In this document: positions 38,284-46,621 of the stretch, piece after piece
Numbering within the stretch: the first letter of the stretch is position 1
Layout: each line of letters begins with the position of its first letter
From: an uncultured Actinomycetes bacterium
Lineage (GTDB): Bacteria > Actinomycetota > Actinomycetes > Nanopelagicales > Nanopelagicaceae
DNA length: 47,379 nt
Direction of reading: 5' to 3'
NCBI GenBank assembly: GCA_964471265.1
Contig: CAYYFI010000003.1
Location: 1-47,379 of the forward strand
Translations under genes and position numbers: made by a program
The notes under the pieces: model-generated
What the model was told of the DNA's origin: nothing
Databases searched by the model: none
Seen by the model: the letters and a program-made list of their open reading frames with translations, nothing else

Positions 38284-39968
38284 TTACCAAGTCTGGCTAA
38301 TTGCGAATTAGGCCCAAAAAGCGCAAAAGTATATTCGCCTTCAACTTTAACAATTCGAATTCCAGGAGTTTCTAGATAATTCAAAATTAATTCTACTTCT
38401 TCATGATTTACTTGTTGTAGAAATCCAGTGTTTGAAACCTGTTCAGAGATCAAATCTAAGGTAGCCAAAGCTTCTGTAACAGAAGTGGTTGCAGAGGAGA
38501 TATTGCTGGCAGCTAGACGACCGAATTTGATGCTTACAAATTCCCAGTGCTCTCCGCTTGCCTTAGCCACGATTAGTTCTGGTAATTTTGCAATGGAGTT
38601 TAGACGTTCAATTCTGGCTGCCGCTCTTGCTAGATGTGCATATTTTTCCCGAACTTCAATCGCTTCTTCAAAATTTTCATTAAGTGAATGTTCTGCCATT
38701 TTTAAACTTGAAGTTTCGTGAATAAATCGAAAATCAATCTCTAGCAAATTGCGGTAGCGGGCTGTGATTTCTGAATAGGCTGCGAGAGATTGATTGCCAA
38801 TGCAGGGAGCGCCGCATTTGTTGATTTCAAAGAGAATGCATGGCGATGCAGTTTTTATGGTCTTATCTGTGATTTTTGGCTTGCATTGACGAAGTGGCAA
38901 ATATTCGTGGACCGCGGCCATGGCCATTTCAATTGCTGCGCCACCTGAAATTGGACCAATCGTTCCTGACGGATCAATCGGCGCTCCTTTGCTAATTGTT
39001 AATCTTGGAAAATTCTCATCCGTTAGTTTTAGCCAAGCTACTCTTTCGGGAAATCTCGAGCGCCGGTTATATCTAGGTTGCGCACCTTGAATTAATCTCA
39101 ATTCACGAACTTGTGCTTCCAGCGCAGTTGGAGTGATGATGTAATCAATGCTCTCAGTGATGCTGATCATTTCCCGAATTCGCTTGCGAACCTCTCCGGC
39201 GGTGAAATAGGTGCGCACTCTAGATCTCAAATTTTTTGATGTGCCTACATATAAAGGCTCACCTTTTACATCTCGAAAAATATATACACCAGGAGCAGCA
39301 GGGATGTTGGCAGCCAAATGTTTTTTAGCAGCTTGCGCTTTGGTTACTCGATTAGAGAAATCTCTTAGTTCTTCTAAAGTAAAAATATTAAAGGATCCCA
39401 AACGTTCGATGAGACCATGAAGAACTGAAACCGTGGCACGAACGTCATCTAAAGCCCGGTGATTGGGTGTAGTTTCGGCTTTAAAAAATTCAGCTAATGT
39501 TGATAATTTAAAGTTGCGAACTTCTTCGCGATTTAAAGTATGACGAGCGATTTTGACGGTATCCAGCACCTGAAATTTAGGCCAAGTGAAATTTAGTTTA
39601 TTAGCGGCAGCCTTTAAAAAACTGATATCAAATTGCGCGTTATGTGCGACTAAAACGGTTTCTGCAGGGCTGCCTAAAAATTCTAATAATTGGGGGAATA
39701 CCTCATCTATGGTGGGTGCCGGCAGCAGCATCGCTTCAGTAATTCCGGTAAGTACCGTTATAAACGGAGGCAAAGGAACTCCAGGATTAATCAGTGTTTG
39801 AAATTCGCCAAGTATTTGGCCACCTTGGACTTTAATAGCACCAATTTCCGTGATGGAATTTAAGCCAGGAGCACCGCCAGTAGTCTCTAGATCGATAACT
39901 ACAAAGGTGGTAGCTGATAAATGTCGACCCAAATCATCAAAAGATGCTTGCCATGCTATCTGTTCCAC
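38262..39968 (-). CDS. DEDD (DnaQ-like) 3'-5' exonuclease fused to a GIY-YIG/UvrC-N-terminal-like nuclease domain (Rv2191-like)
   Basis: Exo motifs VIDLETTG, HNAQFDISFL and HRALDDV; GIY-YIG PGVYIFRD...LYVGTSKNLRSRV; UvrC-like Cys cluster CKPK...SPCILFEINKCGAPC. Located next to trpD, as in mycobacteria. Confidence 0.85.
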   Translation of the reverse strand: MEQIAWQASFDDLGRHLSATTFVVIDLETTGGAPGLNSITEIGAIKVQGGQILGEFQTLINPGVPLPPFITVLTGITEAMLLPAPTIDEVFPQLLEFLGSPAETVLVAHNAQFDISFLKAAANKLNFTWPKFQVLDTVKIARHTLNREEVRNFKLSTLAEFFKAETTPNHRALDDVRATVSVLHGLIERLGSFNIFTLEELRDFSNRVTKAQAAKKHLAANIPAAPGVYIFRDVKGEPLYVGTSKNLRSRVRTYFTAGEVRKRIREMISITESIDYIITPTALEAQVRELRLIQGAQPRYNRRSRFPERVAWLKLTDENFPRLTISKGAPIDPSGTIGPISGGAAIEMAMAAVHEYLPLRQCKPKITDKTIKTASPCILFEINKCGAPCIGNQSLAAYSEITARYRNLLEIDFRFIHETSSLKMAEHSLNENFEEAIEVREKYAHLARAAARIERLNSIAKLPELIVAKASGEHWEFVSIKFGRLAASNISSATTSVTEALATLDLISEQVSNTGFLQQVNHEEVELILNYLETPGIRIVKVEGEYTFALFGPNSQLARLGNYELTKA

Positions 39969-39991
39969 AAGTGAAAGAGTAAATTAGAGAT

Positions 39992-40744
39992 ATGACAAAT
40001 GCACCTGCTGGATGGTTATCAGATTTTGCTGCAGATGGAAGTGGCACAAATGCGAAGACCGGAATTGTTTTAGTTCATGGATTTACAGGTTCGCCCGCTG
40101 GCGTGCGACCTTGGGCCCATTTTCTTAACGAACGCGGATATACCGTACGTGTTCCGCGCCTTCCAGGTCACGGAACTAAATGGCAAGATTTAAATGAAGT
40201 TAAATGGCAAGAGTGGCCGGATCGTGCAAGTAAAGATGTAGAGGAGCTTCTGACTAAATGCGATCGAGTATTCATCTTTGCTTTATCTATGGGCGGGGCA
40301 ACTTCAATCCAAGTAGCGCATCGTTTTGGCGATAAAATTTCAGGGCTAGTTTTTGTAAATCCGATGATCACTATCAAAGGTCCAGCTCAATATTTTTTAC
40401 CGGTACTCTCTAAATTTGTACCAAAGATGAAAGCAGTTGGTGGAGATATAAAGCGGCCTGGTGCCAGTGAATGGTCTTATAACGCATTACCTCTAAAAGG
40501 AGTAGTGGAATTGCGCAAGCTGCTACGCGATTCCAGAGCTAAATTACCTGAAATTAAAATTCCATTTATGGTGTTTCATTCAGTAGATGACCACGTTTTG
40601 CCCGTCTATAACACTGAAATTTACATGGAAGAAATTGGTTCCAAGGTAAAACAGAGAATTGAATTAACCAATAGCTATCACGTGGCAACTGTTGATTATG
40701 ACGCAGACATTATTTTCGAAAATTCGTTACAAATGCTCCGTTAG
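39992..40744 (+). CDS. Alpha/beta hydrolase (carboxylesterase/lysophospholipase-like)
   Basis: HGFTGSP oxyanion region, nucleophile elbow ALSMGG, and C-terminal SVDDHV and SYH catalytic residues. Confidence 0.85.
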   Translation: MTNAPAGWLSDFAADGSGTNAKTGIVLVHGFTGSPAGVRPWAHFLNERGYTVRVPRLPGHGTKWQDLNEVKWQEWPDRASKDVEELLTKCDRVFIFALSMGGATSIQVAHRFGDKISGLVFVNPMITIKGPAQYFLPVLSKFVPKMKAVGGDIKRPGASEWSYNALPLKGVVELRKLLRDSRAKLPEIKIPFMVFHSVDDHVLPVYNTEIYMEEIGSKVKQRIELTNSYHVATVDYDADIIFENSLQMLR

Positions 40745-40932
40745 TTCCAACGTTTTTCGATTTCAGGATCGCGCCGTACTAAAATTTTCCAAATTTCATC
40801 GGGTTCAATACCTGTAGCCAGTGCAGCTTCAATTGTCATTGAACCCAATTCGGTTATCGATACATCTTTAGCCATGGTCTCTGCATTCGGATAGACCTGA
40901 TTTAACCGATTCCAAAATTCACTAATGCGCAT
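40741..40932 (-). CDS. DUF3046 domain-containing protein
   Basis: 63 aa. MRISEFWNRLNQVYP...ELGSMTIEAALATGIEPDEIWKIL matches the small actinobacterial DUF3046 pattern as I recall it. Confidence 0.6.
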   Translation of the reverse strand: MRISEFWNRLNQVYPNAETMAKDVSITELGSMTIEAALATGIEPDEIWKILVRRDPEIEKRWN

Positions 40933-41560
40933 TAGTTAGCGCCAATCCAATAGCCAAGATCGCAATTCCAATTGCACTTATTGCCGTTAATATGCGCCGC
41001 ACCTTTGGCTGTTGCACCCACTTGGCTGACTTATCGACAATCGTAATCATCAATGAATACCAAGACATGGAAATGACTGCCCAAACACAAGTAAGCAAGA
41101 AAATTCCCCAGCCTAAATTGAAACTTTGAGGAACGAATTGCGGCACTAAACCAACGCTAAATACCGCAGCTTTCACGTTGGTTAAATTGGTGGTGATACC
41201 GATATTAAAAGCCGCACCAAACTTTTTGGCGCTGCTGCCTGATTCAAATTCGAATTTTCCTGCTTCATTTTTCAAATGCATTATTGTTTGAATTGATAAG
41301 AAAGTTAGATAGGCAACACCACTCCACTTAAGAATATTGAATGCGGTTGGCGATGCTTGAAAGATGGCAGATAAACCAACACCACTTAAAATTCCCCAAA
41401 TAATTAGCCCAGTGGTATTTCCAAATACTGAATAAAAGGCTGCTTCTTTGCCGCTTACGATTGATTGTCGCAATACCATCGCCATTCCTTGGCCAGGCAC
41501 TGCGACAATTACTAATACCGTGACGGCAAACGCCGGTAAAATTTTGAGAAGTTCAATCAT
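40922..41560 (-). CDS. LysE/RhtB family amino-acid exporter
   Basis: 212 aa, 6 TM segments, with an N-terminal VPGQGMAMVLRQS motif typical of LysE-type translocators. Confidence 0.85.
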   Translation of the reverse strand: MIELLKILPAFAVTVLVIVAVPGQGMAMVLRQSIVSGKEAAFYSVFGNTTGLIIWGILSGVGLSAIFQASPTAFNILKWSGVAYLTFLSIQTIMHLKNEAGKFEFESGSSAKKFGAAFNIGITTNLTNVKAAVFSVGLVPQFVPQSFNLGWGIFLLTCVWAVISMSWYSLMITIVDKSAKWVQQPKVRRILTAISAIGIAILAIGLALTNAH

Positions 41561-41630
41561 TTTTCATGATTTGGCATTGAATAAGCCTTTTGACCCGCAC
41601 TCGCATAAGCATGAGTCTAGTATTTGCTTT

Positions 41631-41858
41631 GTGAAAAACGGGAAGGCATTCGAGTGGCTCGGGGTAGTCACAGCGATTGCTTACTCGCTATTAGTTGCCT
41701 CAAATACTGGCTTAGAATTTATCGGTTTCACATTGTTATTGCTTAGTTCATTCTTAATAGGTATCTGGGCATATTTAGGCAAACATCGAGGCATACTTTT
41801 CTTGCAGTTTTTCTATGCAACAGCCGGCATTATCGGAATGATTCGTTGGTATCAATGA
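41631..41858 (+). CDS. Small 3-TM membrane protein (hypothetical)
   Basis: 75 aa from GTG 41631 (TAGTAT sits 7 nt upstream), with three hydrophobic helices. The stop overlaps the next gene's ATG (ATGA). The ORF-track start at 41448 lies inside the divergent LysE gene. Confidence 0.5.
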   Translation: MKNGKAFEWLGVVTAIAYSLLVASNTGLEFIGFTLLLLSSFLIGIWAYLGKHRGILFLQFFYATAGIIGMIRWYQ

Positions 41859-42451
41859 GTTTATTACTAGCCCTGGATTTCATCTCAACTTTTGCGTTCG
41901 CAATGGTGGGTGCACGCGTCGCAGCTTCGAAGAATATGGATTACGGGGGAATACTTTTCGTAGCATCTGTAACTGCACTAAGTGGTGGCACGTTTAGAAA
42001 CCTAGTTTTACTTCAACGCCCCGCTTGGTTAGAAAATAGTTATCTATTCATGGCGATCGCTTTTGCGGTAGTAATTACAATCGTTGCTAGAACTAAAGGA
42101 CCGATTGGAAAATTTATTTTAATTTTAGATTCAATCTCGCTTGGGGTGGCAGTTGTGGCAGGCGTTCAGATTTCGCTAGATAATGAAATTGGCGTGATTG
42201 GTTCTATAGTTATTGGTCTCTTGTCTGGAGTTTTGGGGGGATTGGTGCGAGATGTACTTTGCCAAATTCCTCCTATTTTGCTGCATCGAGAAACTGTAGG
42301 AGTTTCAGCACTTCTAGGCGCAACGCTATTCACAGTGCTTTACTCATTTGAATTAAATCCCACATTAATAGCAGTACTTAGTGGTTTAGTAATTGTCGCA
42401 ACAAGATTAATTTCAGTGAAATTTCGCATCAATCTACCCAAGGTGCAGTAA
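41855..42451 (+). CDS. TRIC-type cation channel / UPF0126 (glycine-transporter domain) family protein
   Basis: Two internal repeats, each with a Gly-rich kink (ALSGGTFRNLVL and GVLGGLVRDVL); 7 TM segments. I prefer ATG 41855 over TTG 41846. Confidence 0.8.
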   Translation: MSLLLALDFISTFAFAMVGARVAASKNMDYGGILFVASVTALSGGTFRNLVLLQRPAWLENSYLFMAIAFAVVITIVARTKGPIGKFILILDSISLGVAVVAGVQISLDNEIGVIGSIVIGLLSGVLGGLVRDVLCQIPPILLHRETVGVSALLGATLFTVLYSFELNPTLIAVLSGLVIVATRLISVKFRINLPKVQ

Positions 42452-42454
42452 ATA

Positions 42455-43078
42455 ATGGCGAAAATACTTTCGATAAATGTGGCGGCAATTATTCATGAAG
42501 GTGCATGGACTGGTAGTGAAGGGCGCACTGGCATTGATAAACGGTCCATTAGCGGACTTGTTAAATTTGAAAACAATGCAGTTGCAGGGGATACAGTGGT
42601 TGATACAAAACATCACGGAGGCTATGACAAGGCAGTTTATGCATATGCTCGTGAAGATGCCGAATGGTGGGAAAACGAAATTGGTCGTTCACTTACTTAT
42701 GGCGCATTTGGTGAAAATTTAACCACTCAAGGTATAGATGTAAATCAAGCTGTGATTGGCGAACATTGGCAGATCGGAACTGTAATCCTCGAGGTTTCCG
42801 AACCACGTATACCATGTCGCGTTTTTGCTGGTTTTTGGGATCGCCCAACTTTGATTAAAGATTTCACTGCTGCAAGAAGATCTGGTACATATTTAAGAAT
42901 TATCAAAGCAGGTCAAATGCAAACCAACGATGAAATAAAAGTTATTTCGAAACCAGAACACGCCATGACAATTCGAGATCTATTTGATGCAAAAGCAGGC
43001 GAGCGTGGCAAGATTGCACAGCTAAGACAAGTAAATGAGCTATCCGATGACTATAAAGAATGGCTAAGGAAGCTATAG
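42455..43078 (+). CDS. MOSC domain-containing protein (YiiM-like)
   Basis: GENLTTQG, the conserved Cys in SEPRIPCRVF, and a C-terminal helical extension; 207 aa. Confidence 0.85.
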   Translation: MAKILSINVAAIIHEGAWTGSEGRTGIDKRSISGLVKFENNAVAGDTVVDTKHHGGYDKAVYAYAREDAEWWENEIGRSLTYGAFGENLTTQGIDVNQAVIGEHWQIGTVILEVSEPRIPCRVFAGFWDRPTLIKDFTAARRSGTYLRIIKAGQMQTNDEIKVISKPEHAMTIRDLFDAKAGERGKIAQLRQVNELSDDYKEWLRKL

Positions 43079-43086
43079 GAGATAGA

Positions 43087-43728
43087 GTGATTAAAAAGAT
43101 TTTTTCTGAAGTACTTGGAACTTTTACTTTGATTTTTTTAGGTGCGGGTGCGATCGTTTCAGGTAAAGCAGATTTGCAAGGAGTGGCATTAGCTCATGGT
43201 TTTGCTATTTTTGTGATGGTGTCCGCTTTAGCAGGAATCTCAGGTGCACATTTCAATCCGGCGGTTTCTGCAGCCATGCTTGTGACAAAGCGCATCAATA
43301 TTCAAAATTTTTTGTATTTTGTAGCTGCGCAATTATTTGGTGCGAGCATTGCATCACTAGCTCTTTTTCATATTTATGGCGATTCCAATGGTTTTGGTTT
43401 ACCTGCAATCGCAAACGGAACATCAATTAGTTCAGGAGCAATTGCGGAAATTTTGGGAACCTCACTCTTATTATTTGTAATTTTTGGAGTTGCAGTCGAT
43501 AAGCGAAGCGTTGCGGCTGCGCTTCCTGGACTTCCGATTGGATTGACAATTACTGGAATTATTTTCTCGGTAGGGCCAATAACAGGTGCTGCTTTAAATC
43601 CCGCACGCTGGTTTGGTCCAGCTTTAGTATCTGGTGACTGGAGCAACGCCTGGATTTACATTTTAGCGCCGACTACCGGGGCAGTTTTAGCTGCACTTAC
43701 ATATTCTGCAGTAGCCAAACCGGAGTAA
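43087..43728 (+). CDS. MIP-family channel (aquaporin/glycerol facilitator type)
   Basis: Two NPA boxes (HFNPAVS, ALNPARW). GTG 43087 follows SD AGGAGA and avoids the 19-nt overlap with the MOSC gene implied by ATG 43060 (alternative). Confidence 0.92.
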   Translation: MIKKIFSEVLGTFTLIFLGAGAIVSGKADLQGVALAHGFAIFVMVSALAGISGAHFNPAVSAAMLVTKRINIQNFLYFVAAQLFGASIASLALFHIYGDSNGFGLPAIANGTSISSGAIAEILGTSLLLFVIFGVAVDKRSVAAALPGLPIGLTITGIIFSVGPITGAALNPARWFGPALVSGDWSNAWIYILAPTTGAVLAALTYSAVAKPE

Positions 43729-43736
43729 ATTATTAA

Positions 43737-44903
43737 TTGAAAAGTAAGTTAACGGTTGGTTTTCCCGTCTTCCTCGCATCTGTCAATATGCGAGCTGGGC
43801 TAGTGCTGATAGGACCTTTAATACCAATTCTAAAAACCTACTTTGAATTAAGTACCGCCCAAATATCTTTTTTGGCCGCAATTCCGCTCATATGTTTTGC
43901 AGGGTCAAGTTTAATTATGGGATTTGTGGCTCGAATTGGTTCCAGTAACAAGATCATCACCTGGGCATTGATAACACTTTCCATAGCTTTGATTGCGCGA
44001 ACTTTTACAGGTGTAGTTGGACTCTATGTCTTTTCATTCTTAATGGGCATTTCAATTGCAGTTATGAATTACGAAATTCCAGCATGGGTTAAAGAACATA
44101 CGCCCAACGATGCCGGATTCATGACGGGTATCTATGTAACGATCATGGGGATTTTCGCAGCTATTTCAGTTGCCATAAGTGTGCCACTTGCCCAGAGTAG
44201 TTCGCTTTCTTGGCGCATGGCGATGATTCCTTGGATTTTGATTTCCATTCTGAGCAGCATTTACTGGAAAATAAAAATGAAAAGTAATGGGGATGTATAT
44301 GTAAAGAAAACACCTCATTTTTGGCGCTCCAAAGCTTTTCGTCATCCTATTGCTTGGGCGCTGGTTTTCTTCTTTGGACTTGAATCAATGGCTTTCTATG
44401 CAACTGCTACTTGGTTTCCTACCTTACTTACAACGAAAGGATTCACACTCCGCGATGCTGCAATTGCAATATCGATTTCTGGATTGATCGGAAGTGGTGT
44501 CAGCATTGCAGTGCCTCATTACATAGAAAATTTACGAGACCCAAGACGGGTAATCGTTTTGGTCTCTTCTGTAATGACTCTTTCATTTTTTATGATAACC
44601 GTGCAAAGTGGGCCAATACTTCTAATTTGGCTAACTCTTTCCAATATCGGCATTTCTATCGTTTTTCCTATTGCCTTGCTGCTTTATGGCACAAAGTCAG
44701 ATTCTCCTGAAGCGACTCGAAACTTATCAACCATGGTGCAATCTTTAGGGTATGTCATATCTTCAACTGGGCCATTATTTATGGGCACGCTTCATGATTA
44801 TTTTGATAGTTGGAACGCTGCCATGTATGGCATTGTTGCTATTTGTTTTCTACAAATAATTGCAGGATGGATTGTGGGAAGACCTTCCAAAATTCCTTAC
44901 TAA
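43737..44903 (+). CDS. MFS transporter, CynX/cyanate-permease-like family
   Basis: 12 TM segments. N-terminal SVNMRAGLVLIGPLIPIL resembles the CynX LNMRPxxxSVGPLLP motif. TTG start. Confidence 0.78.
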   Translation: MKSKLTVGFPVFLASVNMRAGLVLIGPLIPILKTYFELSTAQISFLAAIPLICFAGSSLIMGFVARIGSSNKIITWALITLSIALIARTFTGVVGLYVFSFLMGISIAVMNYEIPAWVKEHTPNDAGFMTGIYVTIMGIFAAISVAISVPLAQSSSLSWRMAMIPWILISILSSIYWKIKMKSNGDVYVKKTPHFWRSKAFRHPIAWALVFFFGLESMAFYATATWFPTLLTTKGFTLRDAAIAISISGLIGSGVSIAVPHYIENLRDPRRVIVLVSSVMTLSFFMITVQSGPILLIWLTLSNIGISIVFPIALLLYGTKSDSPEATRNLSTMVQSLGYVISSTGPLFMGTLHDYFDSWNAAMYGIVAICFLQIIAGWIVGRPSKIPY

Positions 44904-44904
44904 T

Positions 44905-45630
44905 TTACTTTGATTCGAATTTAATTTCAGATACATCGATTCGGTTAGCCTTAAAATCATTGATTTTGGCACCACTTGGATATCCAATAGCTAAACCACA
45001 AAGCAAACGGTAATCCTTTGAAATTTCAAATTCATTTCTTACTACATCGTCCCAAACATTTACCGCGCCTTGCAAACAAGTGCCTAAACCACGTGAATGA
45101 GCTGAGAGGATCAGATTTTCCAGCATCAAACCAGCATCAGATGCCGCAAAGACATCTAAGCTTTTATGAAAATATACGAACATCGCAACAGGAGCGCCAA
45201 AAAACTGATAATTCTTACCCCATTGTTCGTCTCTAGCTTTGCGGTCACCTCTTTGAATACCAATCATTTCGTAGAGTTCTTTTCCAACGCGCTCGGCTCT
45301 TGGTCGCAGCTCTGGTACATAAGGTTTGGCAATTTTCCAATTACTTGTAGGTAAGCCTTGCCTGTTAATAACTAGTTTTAATTTCTTCCATATTGATCCT
45401 CGAAGCGCAGCAGAAAGTACTTGCCATCTTCTTTGAAACTCGTTACTTATTCGATCTCTTTGTGCTCCAGTTGCTATAGCAACTTTAAAAGGACGAGTAT
45501 TTGACCAACTTGGTGCAGTTAGCGCATCTTTCAAAAGCTCGTCGATCAATTCAAGTGGGACCGAATCAGAAAGAAAATCTCGGGTACTGCGTCTTGAAGC
45601 TAAAAATTCGGAGAAATTTCTTTCAGTCAT
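44905..45630 (-). CDS. Nitroreductase family protein
   Basis: RRSTRDF FMN-binding N-terminal motif and PSWSNTRP. ATG 45630 avoids overlap with the divergent ABC gene (the ORF-track start is 45669). Confidence 0.85.
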   Translation of the reverse strand: MTERNFSEFLASRRSTRDFLSDSVPLELIDELLKDALTAPSWSNTRPFKVAIATGAQRDRISNEFQRRWQVLSAALRGSIWKKLKLVINRQGLPTSNWKIAKPYVPELRPRAERVGKELYEMIGIQRGDRKARDEQWGKNYQFFGAPVAMFVYFHKSLDVFAASDAGLMLENLILSAHSRGLGTCLQGAVNVWDDVVRNEFEISKDYRLLCGLAIGYPSGAKINDFKANRIDVSEIKFESK

Positions 45631-45655
45631 TGCGCCCAATCCATATACTCGTTCC

Positions 45656-46621
45656 GTGAAATCAATCATTGCAGAGAACCTGGTTAAAACCTACGATAAA
45701 GGAAAAGTTCGGGCACTTGATAATTTAAATCTAGAAGTTGAAGAGGGCACTGTGCTCGGCGTATTAGGTCCTAATGGCGCTGGAAAAACTACTACGGTCC
45801 GTATCCTCTCAACTTTGTTGAGGCCCGATTCTGGTTCGGCAATTGTTGCTGGAATTGATGTTTTAAAAGAGCCGGATCGAGTTCGCGAACTAATCGGACT
45901 ATCAGGACAATACGCTGCTGTTGATGAGATTCTCACCGGATATGACAATCTAGTGATGTTTGGTCAGCTCTATCATTTAGGAAAGAGCGCTTCCATTAAA
46001 AGAGCTAATGAATTATTAGAGCGATTCGGATTAGCAGAAGCAGCAAAGAGGCCGATCAAAACTTATTCCGGAGGCATGCGTCGTCGCTTAGATTTGGCAG
46101 CTTCTTTAATTGTTAAACCAAAGGTGCTCTTTTTAGATGAACCAACTACCGGACTCGATCCGCGTGGCAGACAAGATATGTGGGGAGTAATTGAAGAATT
46201 AGTTAAGGGCGGAGTGACTTTGCTTTTAACAACCCAATATTTAGAAGAAGCGGATCAGTTAGCGGATGAAATCGCAGTTATTGATACTGGAAAAGTTATT
46301 GCACGAGGAACTTCAGATGCTTTAAAGCGACAAGTCGGTGGAGAGCGCTTAGAGGTTGTAGTAGAAAGTAACCACATTGCGAAAACTTTAGAGATTGTGT
46401 CGATAGTAAGTGGATTGAAACCAACTTTAGATGAAGGCTTACGTCAAATTTCTGCACCGGTTTCCACTGGTTCTAAAGCGCTATTTGATGTTTTGAAAGC
46501 TCTAGATGATGCTGGCATTCATGCTTTGGATGTTGGCTTGAAACGTCCATCTCTTGATGATGTGTTTTTATCATTAACTGGGCATTCGGCTGAAAATGCT
46601 GAGAACAAGGAGGCTAAGTAA
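45656..46621 (+). CDS. ABC transporter ATP-binding protein (DrrA/ABC-2 exporter type)
   Basis: Walker A GPNGAGKTT, signature YSGGMRRR, Walker B LFLDEPTTGLD, and a C-terminal accessory domain. GTG start 6 nt after TATACT. Confidence 0.93.
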   Translation: MKSIIAENLVKTYDKGKVRALDNLNLEVEEGTVLGVLGPNGAGKTTTVRILSTLLRPDSGSAIVAGIDVLKEPDRVRELIGLSGQYAAVDEILTGYDNLVMFGQLYHLGKSASIKRANELLERFGLAEAAKRPIKTYSGGMRRRLDLAASLIVKPKVLFLDEPTTGLDPRGRQDMWGVIEELVKGGVTLLLTTQYLEEADQLADEIAVIDTGKVIARGTSDALKRQVGGERLEVVVESNHIAKTLEIVSIVSGLKPTLDEGLRQISAPVSTGSKALFDVLKALDDAGIHALDVGLKRPSLDDVFLSLTGHSAENAENKEAK

